Assembly (NCBI GenBank): GCA_028534125.1
Contig: CM052816.1
Location: 58,530,001-58,594,000, forward strand
From: Lama glama
Lineage: Eukaryota
DNA: 64,000 bases
Direction: 5' to 3'
Both the position numbers and the translations under genes were made by a program. This document shows, one piece after another, positions 36,430 through 64,000 of the stretch (the first letter of the stretch is position 1; the number at the start of each line of letters is the position of its first letter). The notes beneath the pieces are model-generated. The model was not told the DNA's origin. It was given only the letters and a program-made list of their open reading frames with translations, and did no database searches.

Positions 36430-37010
36430 TACGTGTCAAGGCCTGGTGCCAGGCGCTGTTGCGCGGATGAAGGGCAGAGGACTGAGGGGTCGGGGGACAG
36501 AACGCAACGTCAACCACGAGACTACGGAGCCCGGAGCCTCGGCGCCCGCCGGGCAGAAGGGAAGATAGGGTGCGGCAGAGGAAGGGAAGGGAAGGCGCGG
36601 CACGGGAGGAGAGAGCGGAGCCGGGGCGCGCGAGGCGCAGGGCCCGCGGGAGGTGTCGGCGGAGCCCAGGAGTGGTGGGCGGCAACTGCTTCCCTGCGGA
36701 CGGACGGCTTCTGCCAGGCAGCCAGCCTGGCGCTTCGTGTGTTGAGGCATCCGGCCTCGGCCACCGGCACGGGCGAGACAGGGGCCGGGAAGTGGGCGAG
36801 ACGAGGAGCGCAACCCTGAGGAGCCGGAAGAGCTGCCCGGAGGAGGCGAGAGCGGCGGCGGGGAGGCCGAGGGCGGGGCGTCGGCCCGACGGGGCTGGAG
36901 GAGGCGGGGATGGACTCCGGGCCGCGGGGGCTGCCGGGAGCCCGTTCCCTGGGCGACGGGGCCCGCGCCGCCGGGCCAGAGCGGCAGAGCCTCAAGAGCC
37001 CGATTATTTT
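36430..37010. promoter_or_regulatory. CpG island between the GTF2H2 3' end and the NAIP 5' end; candidate NAIP promoter
   Basis: ~580 bp, very GC- and CpG-rich against an AT-rich background; GC box GGGCGGGGC at 36871, ETS-like CCGGAAG at ~36824. Confidence 0.75.
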
Positions 37011-37590
37011 TAATATACGACTGTAAATCCTCGTGGATTTTCACGGTAGATATTTGTATTATCTGAATATTATAATACTTTTGTCTTTTATGTCATTTCA
37101 TTTTGTTGTTGAATTGATTATATTAATAGAATGTTGCTTAATAGCAGTGAATAGATATCCTATCTTATTCTTGATTTTAGTCATTTGCAGATGTTTAGTG
37201 GATCTCTTTATCAGTTGAAAGAGCTTCCCTTTTACCCCTAGTGACATGGAAAACTTCTGCATGGCCTTAATTGGAAAAAGGTACAAGTATCACCTTTGTA
37301 TAGCAAGAAGGGGAAAAAAATCCCCAAAGGAAGAGAAAACTTGGGTAGCCAAAACAAACACAAATGTCCACCACACAATCTGAACAGAGGATTTGACGTT
37401 TTTGAGTCAAATTTTCAATGACTTATCAACCAAAACATACATACACATAGAGAACAGTATTTAAAATTTAAGCCATTCTAGGTCATAGGTATGTATCTTG
37501 TGGCTTTAATTTAATGGCCTATTGGCTATTCGTGTATCTTCTTTGGTAAAGAGATCAAATCTTTAGTCCATTTTTAAACTGGGTTGTTTA

Positions 37591-38702
37591 GTAGGAGGAT
37601 TCTGGGATGGTGCTCGCCAACACCAGTGTCCTCGGGGTGGAAGGAGCTCCCCCAAATGGCTGCCAGCAGCATCTCTGTCCCCAGGGAGTGATTGCAGCAG
37701 ATTTGAGGGGTCATGGCCACATCTGTGAGGGACAGCCAGTGACATCATGGCTGGCTGTTATCTGTGGAATATCTTTTTGTCACATGGGGATCAGCACAAA
37801 ACCCTATTTTTCTACCAGGCGTCTGGGACCCTTATTTCTCAGCCATGGTCCCTACTTCTGACTGCATGAATGTGGTCAGAGCATTACCAGAAAACTGATA
37901 AGCCCACATGGGACAGAGCCATGCTTCCTTCCCTGAGCTACAAGCCAAGGCCACAGCCAGATGCCAGAGTGTGTATGTATATTTGAACAGTCACCTGGAT
38001 CTGATAAAGAAACCTCAGCCTGCAGGCTTCCTCAGTGTTGATTTACGTGTTTGGCCAGATTTCCATGGCAACCGGTCTCCTTTAGCAGATCTGATACTAA
38101 ACAGCATGGTCACTGGATTGAACATTGTCTCAGGACCTTGATGATCCTGCCGTTCTCCACCTGACCACAGCTGCAGCCTTTGCATTCAGGACTCGCTTCA
38201 GTACAGAGGCCTTGGAGGCCGGGTGCTCTGTCAGCACTCTTCCTGTGTGGGGACCTGAGCAAGAATCCCCCTTCTGTGCAAACGTGTGCAGATGTTATTG
38301 ACAGGCCCGTGGTCCTGTCACAAGAAGTGAAGTCTGTCCTTGTGGGTGCTGCTCATCTCAGAGCCTATGCCTCAAGGGATGTCACTTCTGTACAGGAGGC
38401 CATGCAACAATGAGTGAAGCTGGGAAAATTGTTTCCCAGATGTAAGGATAAAAGATACTATATGACAAGAAATATAAAATATTCCTGAAGTTGGCTGAAC
38501 ACAAGAAAGAGTATGCAGCAATCAAGAAAGGGGACCTAACAGAGTATGCAGGTGCTGATGCCAGGTTTCATGTCATTGCATCAGGGACCTCTGTCATTTC
38601 ACCATATATTCAGGACCCTTAGGCATCATTTCATCATTTCTGTATTGTCTTTTAATAAAAGAAAACTGAGACATGTGCAAATAGGAGAATAAAAATAAGA
38701 TT
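37591..38702 (+). pseudogene. FGGY: Processed pseudogene of FGGY (FGGY carbohydrate kinase / D-ribulokinase), C-terminal half plus 3'UTR
   Basis: Intronless; fragments [60 protein letters not shown]; frameshifts and stops; AATAAA at ~38654; A-rich tail; TSD aa(c/t)tgggttgttta at 37577-37590 and 38703-38716; inserted in an old L1 fragment. Confidence 0.92.
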
Positions 38703-39289
38703 AATTGGGTTGTTTACCTTTTTATTATTGAATTGCAAGAATTTTTATATATTTTGTTAGATGATTGCATTGAAACATATTCTCTCAGTCTGTGAACTGT
38801 CTTTTTGTTTCTTATTGGTATCTTCTGAAGCTAGATGTTTTAAATTTTGACAAAGTCTGATTTTAATTTTTTCTTTTATGATAGGTGCTTTTTGTGTCCT
38901 AAGAAATCACTGTCTACTCGTAAAGTTATGAAGATGTTCTAAAAATTAATATTTGGATTGTGTAATACCAACTGTTGGTTAAGGATGTATGGAGCAGCTG
39001 AACTCTCATATATGGCTTGTGAGAGTGTAAAATGGTATAATTCTTTGGAAAAACAGCCTGGCAGTGTCATGTAAAGTTAAGTATACATTTACCATCCAAC
39101 CTAGCAATCCCATTCCTATGTATTTACCCAAAAAAATGAAAACATATGAATACGTCAAGTCTTATACAGGAATGTTCACAGTAGCTTTATTCATAATAAC
39201 CAAAAAAACCAGAAACAACCTCAATTTCCAAATGGTGAATAAAGTATCCATGTAATAGAATACTGGTAGATAGTAAAAAGGAACACATT

Positions 39290-39444
39290 TTTAAAAATTA
39301 AATTAAATCAATTTATTTATTTTTATTTGGGGGGAGATAATTAGGTTTTAAAAATTTATCTTTAATGGAGGTACTAGGGATTGAACCCAGGACCTTGTGC
39401 ATGTTAGGCATGCGCTCTACCACTGAGTTATGCTCTCACCCCTC
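39290..39444 (-). mobile_element. tRNA-Ala-derived SINE (Vic-1-type)
   Basis: Reverse complement ...gcataactcagtggtagagcgcatgcctaacatgcacaaggtcctgggttcaatccctagtacctcca; TSD aggaaca(c/a)att; inserted in an L1 remnant. Confidence 0.82.
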
Positions 39445-39970
39445 AGGAACAAATTATTTATATACACAACATGAATGAATCTTAAAAATATGCTAAGCAA
39501 AAGAAAAATTATATATATGTACATATATACTACATAACTCAATTTGTAAGAAATTGTATGACAGGAAAAACTAATCTACAGTGATAGAAAACAGATCGGT
39601 GGTACCTGGCGCTAGAAGTCTTAGGGAGTACTGATGGTAAAGGCGCCTACTGGGCAAGATGAAAATGCTCTCTCGATTATGGTTGTTGTTGCATGTATTT
39701 ATTTGTCAAAAGGCTTCAAACTGCCCACTTAAAATGTGAACATTTTATTGTATGTTAATAACTCAAATTTGATTTTTAAAAATTTCTAACTACACAGACA
39801 AATACACAATGTTTAAAGAGACTCTAAAGAACTGAATAAGCCATTCTATATCTGGGATCTGTTTTCTGCAAAGCTACCTGAGTTAATTTTTTTTTTTTTA
39901 AGTTCTGTAGAACTTTATTACCAGGACCTGTTTTAAAGTAACCTATGTACCTCTGTCATATGATTAGAGG

Positions 39971-40152
39971 CAGTGGTTCTCATACTTTAGCATTCATCAC
40001 AGTCACTTAGAGGACTTGTTAAAACAGATTACTAGGCCCATCCCGAGTTTCTGATTCAATAGGTCTGTGACGGGGCCCAAGAATTTGCATTTCTGATGAG
40101 TTCCCGGGTGCTACTGATGCTACTGGTCCAGATACCATCCTTAGAATCACTG
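39971..40152 (+). mobile_element. MER5A-like hAT-Charlie MITE
   Basis: Termini cagtggttctc...agaatcactg; internal gaatttgcatttct. Confidence 0.8.
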
Positions 40153-40336
40153 ATCACAGAGATCCTTAAAAGATCCCTCTTCCTCCAAAGAGTCAAAAAT
40201 CTAAAATCTAAAATGAATTAAATCTAAAATGAATTATCCCCTAAAAGGATTAAATTCCAGGAAAGCCTGACACCTAAAAGTGAAAGATTATCTGTCCTGA
40301 TAAGGGATAGAGAAGAAACAGTTCAGGCCAATTAGA

Positions 40337-40410
40337 AGAATAAAAATAAGATTAATTGGGTTATTTACCTTTTCATTATTGAATTGCAAGAATTCTTTAT
40401 ATATTTTAGA
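40337..40410 (+). repeat. ~75-bp direct copy of 38686-38760 (FGGY retrocopy tail / L1 junction)
   Basis: agaataaaaataagattaattgggtt(g/a)tttacctttt(t/c)attattgaattgcaagaatt... present at both sites. Confidence 0.88.
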
Positions 40411-41261
40411 TATAAAGTCAGGTAGGGGGAGACACAATACTCTGATTATGTTAAAGGCATCTCCTATAAGCCACAGATACCTCTTGCTGACTGAGCAGAA
40501 GGAAGGAAGACAGCAGTTAACCTGGTTACCTAGGGCTGAAATCTGTTTACTCACAAAGAACCATTTGAGTCTAGGTGCAGAAAGTATGACTCCTGGGAGA
40601 AAGATCTGTACTTTGGTCAAATTATATCTTAGTGTATGTGTGCACACATGTGCTGTTAAAAATGCATATTCCTGGGCTCCCTCCAAGATTAGTGAATAGA
40701 CTCTCTGGGGTGGGATTACATTCTTTACTGATAGTGTTCTTCACTAAGAATTGTTATTTATAAAATCATGAATATCATAGTGAAACTCAATCTAGTGATT
40801 AAAGTTTGTAGATTGAAAATAAACATACCTTTGCTATGGAAAACAAATTTACTCCCAAAAGGGTTTACCCTAAAAAAAGTTCTGCCTATAATGGTACATC
40901 TTCATTGAATCTGAAACACAGAACTCATCATACATTCTCACATTTTTCCGATTACCCAGGGTAGGAAAGTTGAAGACGATTAAGTTAAATAGTCCCAGGG
41001 TATGAACTTGAGTGAGACTAACAGAGATAGTTCATTAACCTGAACTATAATGTAAGTCAGACACCAAACCACCAAAATGGCAGTATTAGATAGACCCCAT
41101 TAAATCAATACTTTACCAGTCATTACAAAGGAAGCTTTAAAGCAAGAGGGCTCTTATATCAGACTTTCCTTTCAAATTGTTCTTCATATTTTAATTGGAG
41201 TTTCTTCTAAAGAATCATTGTATTTATAGTTGCAAACTTCTGTGTGTACTATATGCTGGAA

Positions 41262-56961
<15,700 letters not shown>

Positions 56962-59900
56962 TTTTTCTTACTGTGTTACTCAATATTCTGCAAAAAATCA
57001 TTAGATTATGAGTTTACTGAAGATGTTTGTCACCAAATGCATATAACTAAAATTTAAAAGTAAAGAGAAGTAAACATGCAAAGTAAAAAAACCCAGAATG
57101 CAGTTATCTTATTCTTTGCAATTTTTTCAATAATTGTAGTTAAATGAAAATACTTTAAAATCCTCAGAAGTTTGAGATTTGCAAATATTAACTAGTATAT
57201 ATAAAATAGATACACAATAAGTTTCTTCTGTATAGCACAGGGACCTATATTCAATATCTTGCAGTAACCTATAATGAAAACGAATGTGAAAACAAATATA
57301 TGTATGGATATGTATGACTGAAACATTATGCTGTACACCAGAAATTGACACACTGTAAGCTGACTATACTTCAATTAAAATAAATAAATAAAATAAAACC
57401 ACAATGAGATACTGCTGCTCATCTATTAGGACAGCCAAAATTAAAAAGGCTGACCATATCAAGTGCTTCAGGGATATGGAGCAACTGAACTCTCATACCC
57501 TGCTGGTGGGAATGTAAACGGGCACAAGTTTGGAAAACAATTCAGCAGTTTTTCTTAAAACTTTAAACATGTGGCTAGTATATGATCTAGCTATTCTTCT
57601 TTTAGGTATTTACTCTAGAAAAATGAAAGTCTATGTCCATACATTTGCCTATGAATATTCTTAGCAACTTTATCTGTAATAGCCCCAAGCTTCAAACAAC
57701 TCAAATGCCCATCAAGAGTGAATGAATAAAATACTGTGGCATATAATCTATATAATGGAATAACATTCCACAATAAAAGGACTGAGCCTCCGATACATGC
57801 AACAATGTGGATGACTCTCAAAAGTTATACTAAGTGAAAGAAGCCGATTTTAAAGAGTACACACTGTGCAAATCTATATATGTAAAATTCTAGAAAATTC
57901 AAAATAATCTACAGAGCTAGAAATTAGATTCTTGGTTGCCTGGGGATGGGCATATGGGGACAGAAACACAAGGTGGAGCTGGAGGCCGGCATTAAAAAGG
58001 GTCCTGAGCAAACACTGTAAACTAACTATAATTCAGTTAAAAAAAAAAAAAAAGAAAGAATGAAAAAGGAAACAGGAGCAAGATAAAATTTTTAAAAAAA
58101 GTCCTCATGGAACTCTTTCCCATCCCCAAGAAAGAATATGAATATTTATGCTCAAATTGGGCGCCAAATGAAATAAGCATCTCTTTACAATATTAAAAAA
58201 AGCAAAAATGTATTAAGGATGTGTCATAGGACAGGACCATAGAATTATGGGAAGTGGGTACAGGTGCAGATGATGAGATTCAGCACAATTGATTATTATA
58301 GTTGAGTGACAGACACAAAGTGACTCATTGTTTTACCTCTCCACCTTTGAGTATGTGTGAATTTTCTCATAATCAAGTTTTTAAATGAAATTTATTATAC
58401 TCATAAATGACAATGCTTATGACTCATGATTCAAAAAGATAACACAATATTAAACCTACATTATACCCTCAACTATTAAAAGAAAAACGAAATATTTAGT
58501 AATTCAATAAATAGGACAAATAGTTTCAACTGGAGAACAGGATTAAGGATGATCGGTTTTTTGCTTCTTTATTCTTTTCTGTATTTTCATATTTTCAATA
58601 CGAATATGTATTCCTTTAATAGCTGGAGATAAAATTGGGAAGAATCTATTAATCATAACCAAGTAATAAACATCTCCATCACAACCACATTTCCACCCTC
58701 TCCAATGGAATCTCTCTCCCCATCCCACATTCTCACTCTCAACTTCTTCCATAAACGAAGGAATCCTAAGTGCCAAAACGTTAAGGACAAAACAAATCCT
58801 ATCATTGGCAGGGGCAATGATTAATTTTTGTGTTGAGGACTATAACGAAGACTTCAGCCACCACTTATTTCACTGTTTCTATAGAAAAATATATTTAAAA
58901 ATCCAAATAACCGGCCTATAAATGAACTTCTGGAATTAAAATCTACTGAGAAGTTGGAGACTGCTTTTATGGCATCACAGCTTTCTCTGGCACCTGCGAG
59001 AATCAGATATTATTTGCTGAAGTTCTGTGTGTCTCTCACTGAATTAACAAACCACTCCCTGGTGCTGGGAGAGATTCACTTGTTTCAGGAGATCTGGGGA
59101 CCCATTTTAGTATTCTGAAATAACAAAAATTGATTTAATTCTGAGCTACATCAGCACACTATGTTGGTGCCTTGTAAGTTTAATGATGAGTGCAGCAACA
59201 TAGCATATAGTCACTAAATTGAATATTTTGATGTTCCTGTGAGTGTTTTTGTATTTATTGTGAATGTCAAGAATCAGAAGCTTACATTATGTTCTCAATG
59301 TTTTTAAACTCAAATTCTTAAAAACGTGGCTACTGCTATCCTTCACATCAGTACTTAAGCCATACTGTATGTTTAGTTTATTATTTTTAATTCTCTGAAA
59401 GTTCAGAAATAAAGTGAGAACTAATTTGGGCAGAAACTACAAGGGAGAACGCCTCTGGTTCATTGCATATAAGGACTTCTTAATTAGAGCTGCTTGCAGT
59501 GGGAAATTACAGAGACAGAGGTATTAAGATTCCCGTAACTGCAGGTGTTCAAAGGGAAGCTGGATGTTTACAATGCAGGCTGTTAACAGAGAAGGGATTT
59601 ATGTAGCCTGGAGGAAGATGTATTTGGTGACCTCTTTGGTCAGCATCTTCAACTGCCTATGGCTGCCCAATATTCCATCTTCTTACAAATATCACTGATT
59701 CGTTTCCTGGGAATCCAACTCCAGAAAAGCCTCTTCCCCCAGGTGAAGCCTGGTGGTGTGATTCCTTCCCCTGAGTTCATACTGCTACATGCAAACAAAT
59801 GAGATCTGCACCAAACATTGCAATTTACGAAGCTTTCCCTCGCAGCTCATCCTGCCAAGCGCTGTGGACAAGCAAAGGTGATAACAGCCCTGCTTTTCAG

Positions 59901-60129
59901 GTGTGGCACTCAAGGTCCAAAGGCTGGTAACTCTCTTGAGGCCACAAAGCTGGAGGCTGGTCACAAACTATAATCCAGGACCACAATTCCCCAAACCCGC
60001 GCTCTGCTTAGGGAAGGAGAACCACTCGCCAGACTGCAGCCCCAGATGCTTCTATGCAGCTCCCTAAACGGAAATTGTCTTCCTCCCCCTCCACACGTTC
60101 CATCACATCCTCGTTCCATCACATTCTCA

Positions 60130-60530
60130 TTCCCTACGACGCCGATCGGGGCCATTCGGCCTCCGATCCTGGCCGCGACAACCCCTCCCGCCGCCATGCT
60201 TCCCAGGCAGTGGGTCCCCGTCTTGGCTCCGAGCAGAACTCTACCGCGGACTCACCGGTCCTGCCTGACGCCGCTCTGCCGGAAGTCCCGCTCAAGCTGC
60301 TCTTAGAGCTCCGCCGAAGTCCTTCCGCCGCGCGCGGCGGAGACGCAGAAAGGTTCCGGCTGCTGTGCGCAGCAGCTCCGGGAGCCCCCTACCCGGAGGC
60401 CGTGGCAACATTGGAACTGATTTAGGGTGCAGGGAAGGACCTCCTGCTGCCTTCCAGCTGTTCACAGAGAGGCGGGAAGAGTGGTAGCCATTCGGTCTTG
60501 GAAAGTGAGAGGCCGTCCCTCCGGGATCTG
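60130..60530 (-). promoter_or_regulatory. GTF2H2 CpG-island promoter
   Basis: CpG-rich; ETS/GABP motif CCGGAAGT at 60279-60286, E2F-like GGCGGGAA at 60471-60478, YY1-like CCGCCAT at ~60191; no TATA box seen. Confidence 0.8.
60256..60370 (-). other. GTF2H2: GTF2H2 non-coding exon 1 (TSS approximate)
   Basis: Strong donor GACCG|gtgagt at 60256/60255 inside a CpG island, 3.3 kb upstream of exon 2. Confidence 0.75.
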
Positions 60531-60644
60531 AGGACTTGATTTTATTTTTTCTCAAAGGTTGGCATTAAGGAGTGACCACAGCTGCGGCGTCCTCTGACCC
60601 AACTTGCTGTGTTAACAGTTTTCCGAGACTCTTCTGAGGCTCCT

Positions 60645-61300
60645 GCCATTCATGCGACAAATATTTATTGAGCATCTACTTTGGACTGATACAGTTCTAA
60701 GAACTGAGGAAATAGTAATGCAAAACTGACAAAACCCTTGCTCTCATGACAATTATCAAGGAAAAAATACTGTATCAAATGATCGTGCCATAGAGAAAAA
60801 TTAAGCACCGCAGGGGAGAAGAGTTGCAGTTTAAAATAGCGTGGTCGGAGGAGCCCTCATCTAGGAGACAGGTAAACCCTGACCAGAGTGAGGGAGGGAG
60901 TTCATCTTGCTGACAACTATGTAAAGATCTCTCCAGGGATAGGGAGCTGCAAGTGCAAAGGCCCTGGGGTAGAAGCACGTTGGTGTGAGGGATGGCATAG
61001 GGAAGCAGGGGATGAGTAGCGGCTGCTGAAATCAGAAGTGGTGGGCTCTAAGCATTGTAAGAACTTTAGAGGCATGATGATAGCTTGGACTAGTGAAGTA
61101 TGGCAGTGCAGCTAGTGAGAAGTGGTTGGATTCTCAATCTTGTAAATATGCTGCATGTATTTTATGAAAAAAGTCCAATGACTCCAAAGTTTTTAGCTGA
61201 GCAACTGAAAGGTTGAAGTTGCAATTACTGAGAGGATGGGAGGGGGTGGTAAGATCAGTTCAATTTTAGACAAGTTGTTTGAGATGCCTGCTAATACATA
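60645..61300 (-). mobile_element. L2 remnant upstream of the GTF2H2 promoter
   Basis: cattcatgcgacaaatatttattgagcatctac (L2 3' end, reverse) and gcaagtgcaaaggccctgggg. Confidence 0.65.
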
Positions 61301-63441
61301 TGGAATGAGAAATGGAGAGGCAAGTTACCCCCAGATCATCAGAACAGGGTTATGCCCAGGAAAGGAAAAGGAAAAAGGAATTGCAGGAGCTGGCGTCTCT
61401 TTGCTTCCCCATCACCATATGTTGTCTATATTACTTTGCTGGTACCAAAATCTTTGCATGTATTCTGCCCCCTTGAAAGCATAAACAGAAACCATTCTAC
61501 ATAGTAGTAGAAAGAGCAGGCTTGAAAGAAAAATCAGGCTCAGCCACACTAGCTTGGTGACCTCAAGCAAGTCACAACCCAAGTCTGATCTATAAAATGA
61601 AGATATTCCTACCTATCCTATAGGGCTTACATATTAACTAGTGGCAACTGCATAACCAGCTCTTTTTATTTCCTCCCAGAAGACAAGGTCTTATTGTTTA
61701 GTTCTGGTATTGTCTTTAAAAAGAGGCTGGAAAATTAGCATTGCTTATGTCCAGTACTGGTTGGCTTCCGTCTTTGCCACTCCTCCTCGATCTTTGACTG
61801 CTTTACCAGGACTCATACACAAACTCCACTTTTTCCTTCTTTCCAAAAACTCCACACTTTTCTCTCCTTCTGTCGTAACTGGCCATACTATTCCAAGATG
61901 GGATACATACCTTTAGGACAAATAACCAAAACCCCAAGCCCCACGTTTCTCATTTATATTTACTATACATCTGTCCAGGAAGGCTTTATGAAAAACCAGG
62001 AAAAGGACAGAGGACTCTCCAATAAATTTAAATTAAAGCATATTTGTGCTTCAGGAGGCTGAATCATTCAAGCTTTTCCCACCTGTAAAGTTTACTCTCC
62101 CTTGAATTTACTTCAGTCACAGATTTGACTGAAGTAGGAATGGTACTAAGGCAAAACAAAACATGCATAAATCCATGGTAATCTTTTGCCATAATTATGA
62201 CACAGTATTTTAATTGTGTACAATGATCTAACCTAGCCGAATGTTTCAACTTGTAAAACTAAGGAACAACTATAAAAGAACGGAACAATCTGTTCTCTGC
62301 CCATGGGTGGCTGGACACAATCCATGGAGTTCGGAAGTTCATGAACAGCTCAGCCAGTGGAATCAAGCTGAAATTCAAAGTGTACAACTCCAGAGACTGT
62401 GTAAGGTGAACCTGCCAATTGTGATAACATTCTCAATCATTCGAGAGACTCATTAAAACCTCCAGAATTGCTTATAACAGTATCTGATAATCTTTATTTT
62501 GATATATAAACTCTGTACTATCTCTTAAAGTCCTTGCTCATCATCTCTAAAAAAATCACAATGCCAAGCCTAATGCAGTTATCTGCCTAAAATTCAAAAG
62601 AATTTACACAGTAAAGCTGCACCCAGCATACACCGAGCATATAGGATTAGGACACTACATGTACTTTTAGAACCCAATTTGCTTTCTAAAAACTTGTTTA
62701 AAGTCTCACTGTTTGGCTCTGGGAAATAGGTGTCACTGGCCAGTTATTACTTTCTGACAAAACTACCTTCATCACGACCATGAGACGAGGTACAAATACC
62801 TTTCTTACATATAAGCAAACTGAGGTACAGGAAGGCTAAGTAATTTGTCCAAGGTCACACAGCAAGTAATTGCTGGAGGGCAAATCAATGGGACAACATG
62901 TGCAGGAAAAGCAAGTGGGTCCTGTGGCAGCAACCAGAATTTTGGGGACCTGGTTCCACATTTTGTTGCTGTCACAAAAAAACATGGTTGTGTGTCCATG
63001 TTATTTTTCTAACTCCCAAGTCACATTATTTTAACACATTTTCTAAATACTGCCCAAGTTACTTCGGCATTTTTGTGATAACTATCACCACTAGAAGAAA
63101 TGTTAACATGAAACACGTGAGGGATGATGTAGTCCTCCATTTAACTTACTCGTCTTTTCACATAAGAAGAGACATGGTATAGTGTAGTAGAACCATGAGC
63201 TGCCAAGAGACTGAATTCTGATTCTCCCAGATGAGCCTTTGAAAATGTCAGGAGGGGCGACACTTCCATCCCAGTGCTGAAGCTGGGAGAATGTCTGCTT
63301 CTACCCCAACTGAAGCTAAGGGCCCTGGAGCCATGATTAAAGTACTCTTCAGCCCTGACCCTTCTTTACACCTGCATACCCATTCAGGCCTTCACAGATA
63401 CTTCATATATTCCATATGAAGCACTTTATGTTAACCAAAAG

Positions 63442-63631
63442 TAGTTAGCCCTTGAACAAGGAGAGGGTTAGTGGCACTGACTCTCCTAGCAGTCAAAAAT
63501 CCACATACAACGTTACAGAGGGCACGCTGCACCTGTGGGTCATGTAGTATTATAGTACAAGTTAAGTGAAAAAAAATCCACATCTAAGTAGACTTATGCA
63601 GTTTAAACCTAAATTTTTCAAGGGCCCACTG
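63442..63631 (+). mobile_element. Tigger2/MER8-family MITE (degenerate)
   Basis: agttagcccttgaacaa...ttcaagggcccactg; similar to 42866-43101. Confidence 0.7.
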
Positions 63632-64000
63632 TACTTAAAATGCGCTAAAAATTATAATAGGATTATTTTGTTAACAACAGACAGAGCAATCCCACTTTGT
63701 CCAACTCATTAATTTATTAACAAAGTCAGCCTAGAATGGGAGTAGAGACACCGATATTGCAACAGACCATTCCAACCCTAGTTTAGTCACTTGCTAATAA
63801 GACAATGGACTAATTAATCTATCAAATCATTAGGTTTCTCATCTGCAAAATGAAAATGAGAAAGTTATGTCAATAGATTGTTGTAGGGATTAAATGAGAT
63901 TTCATGTACGTGTATGCAATGTAACTTTTACTATACTTACAGACTTAAATTTATTTCAAAAAAATACAAAGCATATATGACAAAATATTAACATCTGTTA

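Noticed and set aside
36422..37044. Overlapping 87-202 aa Pro/Arg/Ala/Gly-rich ORFs on both strands
   Set aside because: Expected from the scarcity of stop codons in a CpG island; no recognisable domain
37607..38413. FGGY-like ORFs as a functional retrogene
   Set aside because: Split over several frames with stops; the N-terminal half of the kinase is missing
33047..39444. tRNA-Ala-like sequences as real tRNA genes
   Set aside because: Mutated stems, A-rich tails and TSDs identify them as SINEs
59961..60555. Several ORFs over the GTF2H2 promoter
   Set aside because: GC-rich promoter and non-coding exon 1; no recognisable protein similarity
61300..64000. OCLN 3' end, expected upstream of GTF2H2 by synteny
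   Set aside because: No recognisable coding exon; UTR identity cannot be supported without an alignment

Overview
Mammalian genomic DNA, most likely a camelid: it carries three tRNA-Ala-derived Vic-1-type SINEs and artiodactyl-type L1 3' ends, and I recognised no Alu, B1 or Bov-A elements. Two complete genes lie on the minus strand in the conserved NAIP-GTF2H2 order. NAIP has 14 coding exons (29894->2027, 4215 nt, 1404 aa; 3 BIR + NACHT + LRR; frame intact). GTF2H2 (TFIIH p44) has a non-coding exon 1 in a CpG island at ~60.3 kb and 15 coding exons (56961->41262, 1188 nt, 395 aa). All exon boundaries were read by hand as GT-AG with consistent phases. The rest is introns and repeats (L1, LTRs, Tigger2-family and MER5A elements, MIR/L2), two processed pseudogenes (FGGY, RPL17) and a second CpG island at 36.4-37.0 kb. 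I see no wholly new multi-gene system. The best leads are: (1) a tail-less retrocopy of the 5' half of tRNA-Cys(GCA) with a perfect 13-bp TSD, abutting a GTF2H2 splice donor; (2) a sense-oriented solo LTR with CCAAT/TATA boxes and a downstream donor just upstream of the NAIP 5'UTR exon, a candidate LTR promoter; (3) two short local DNA-level duplications, one of a NAIP exon-intron junction; (4) an FGGY retrocopy with an unexplained 5' leader; (5) a NAIP exon starting GTAAGC that could be re-spliced. Gene and repeat names come from my recall of the mammalian sequences, not from a database search.
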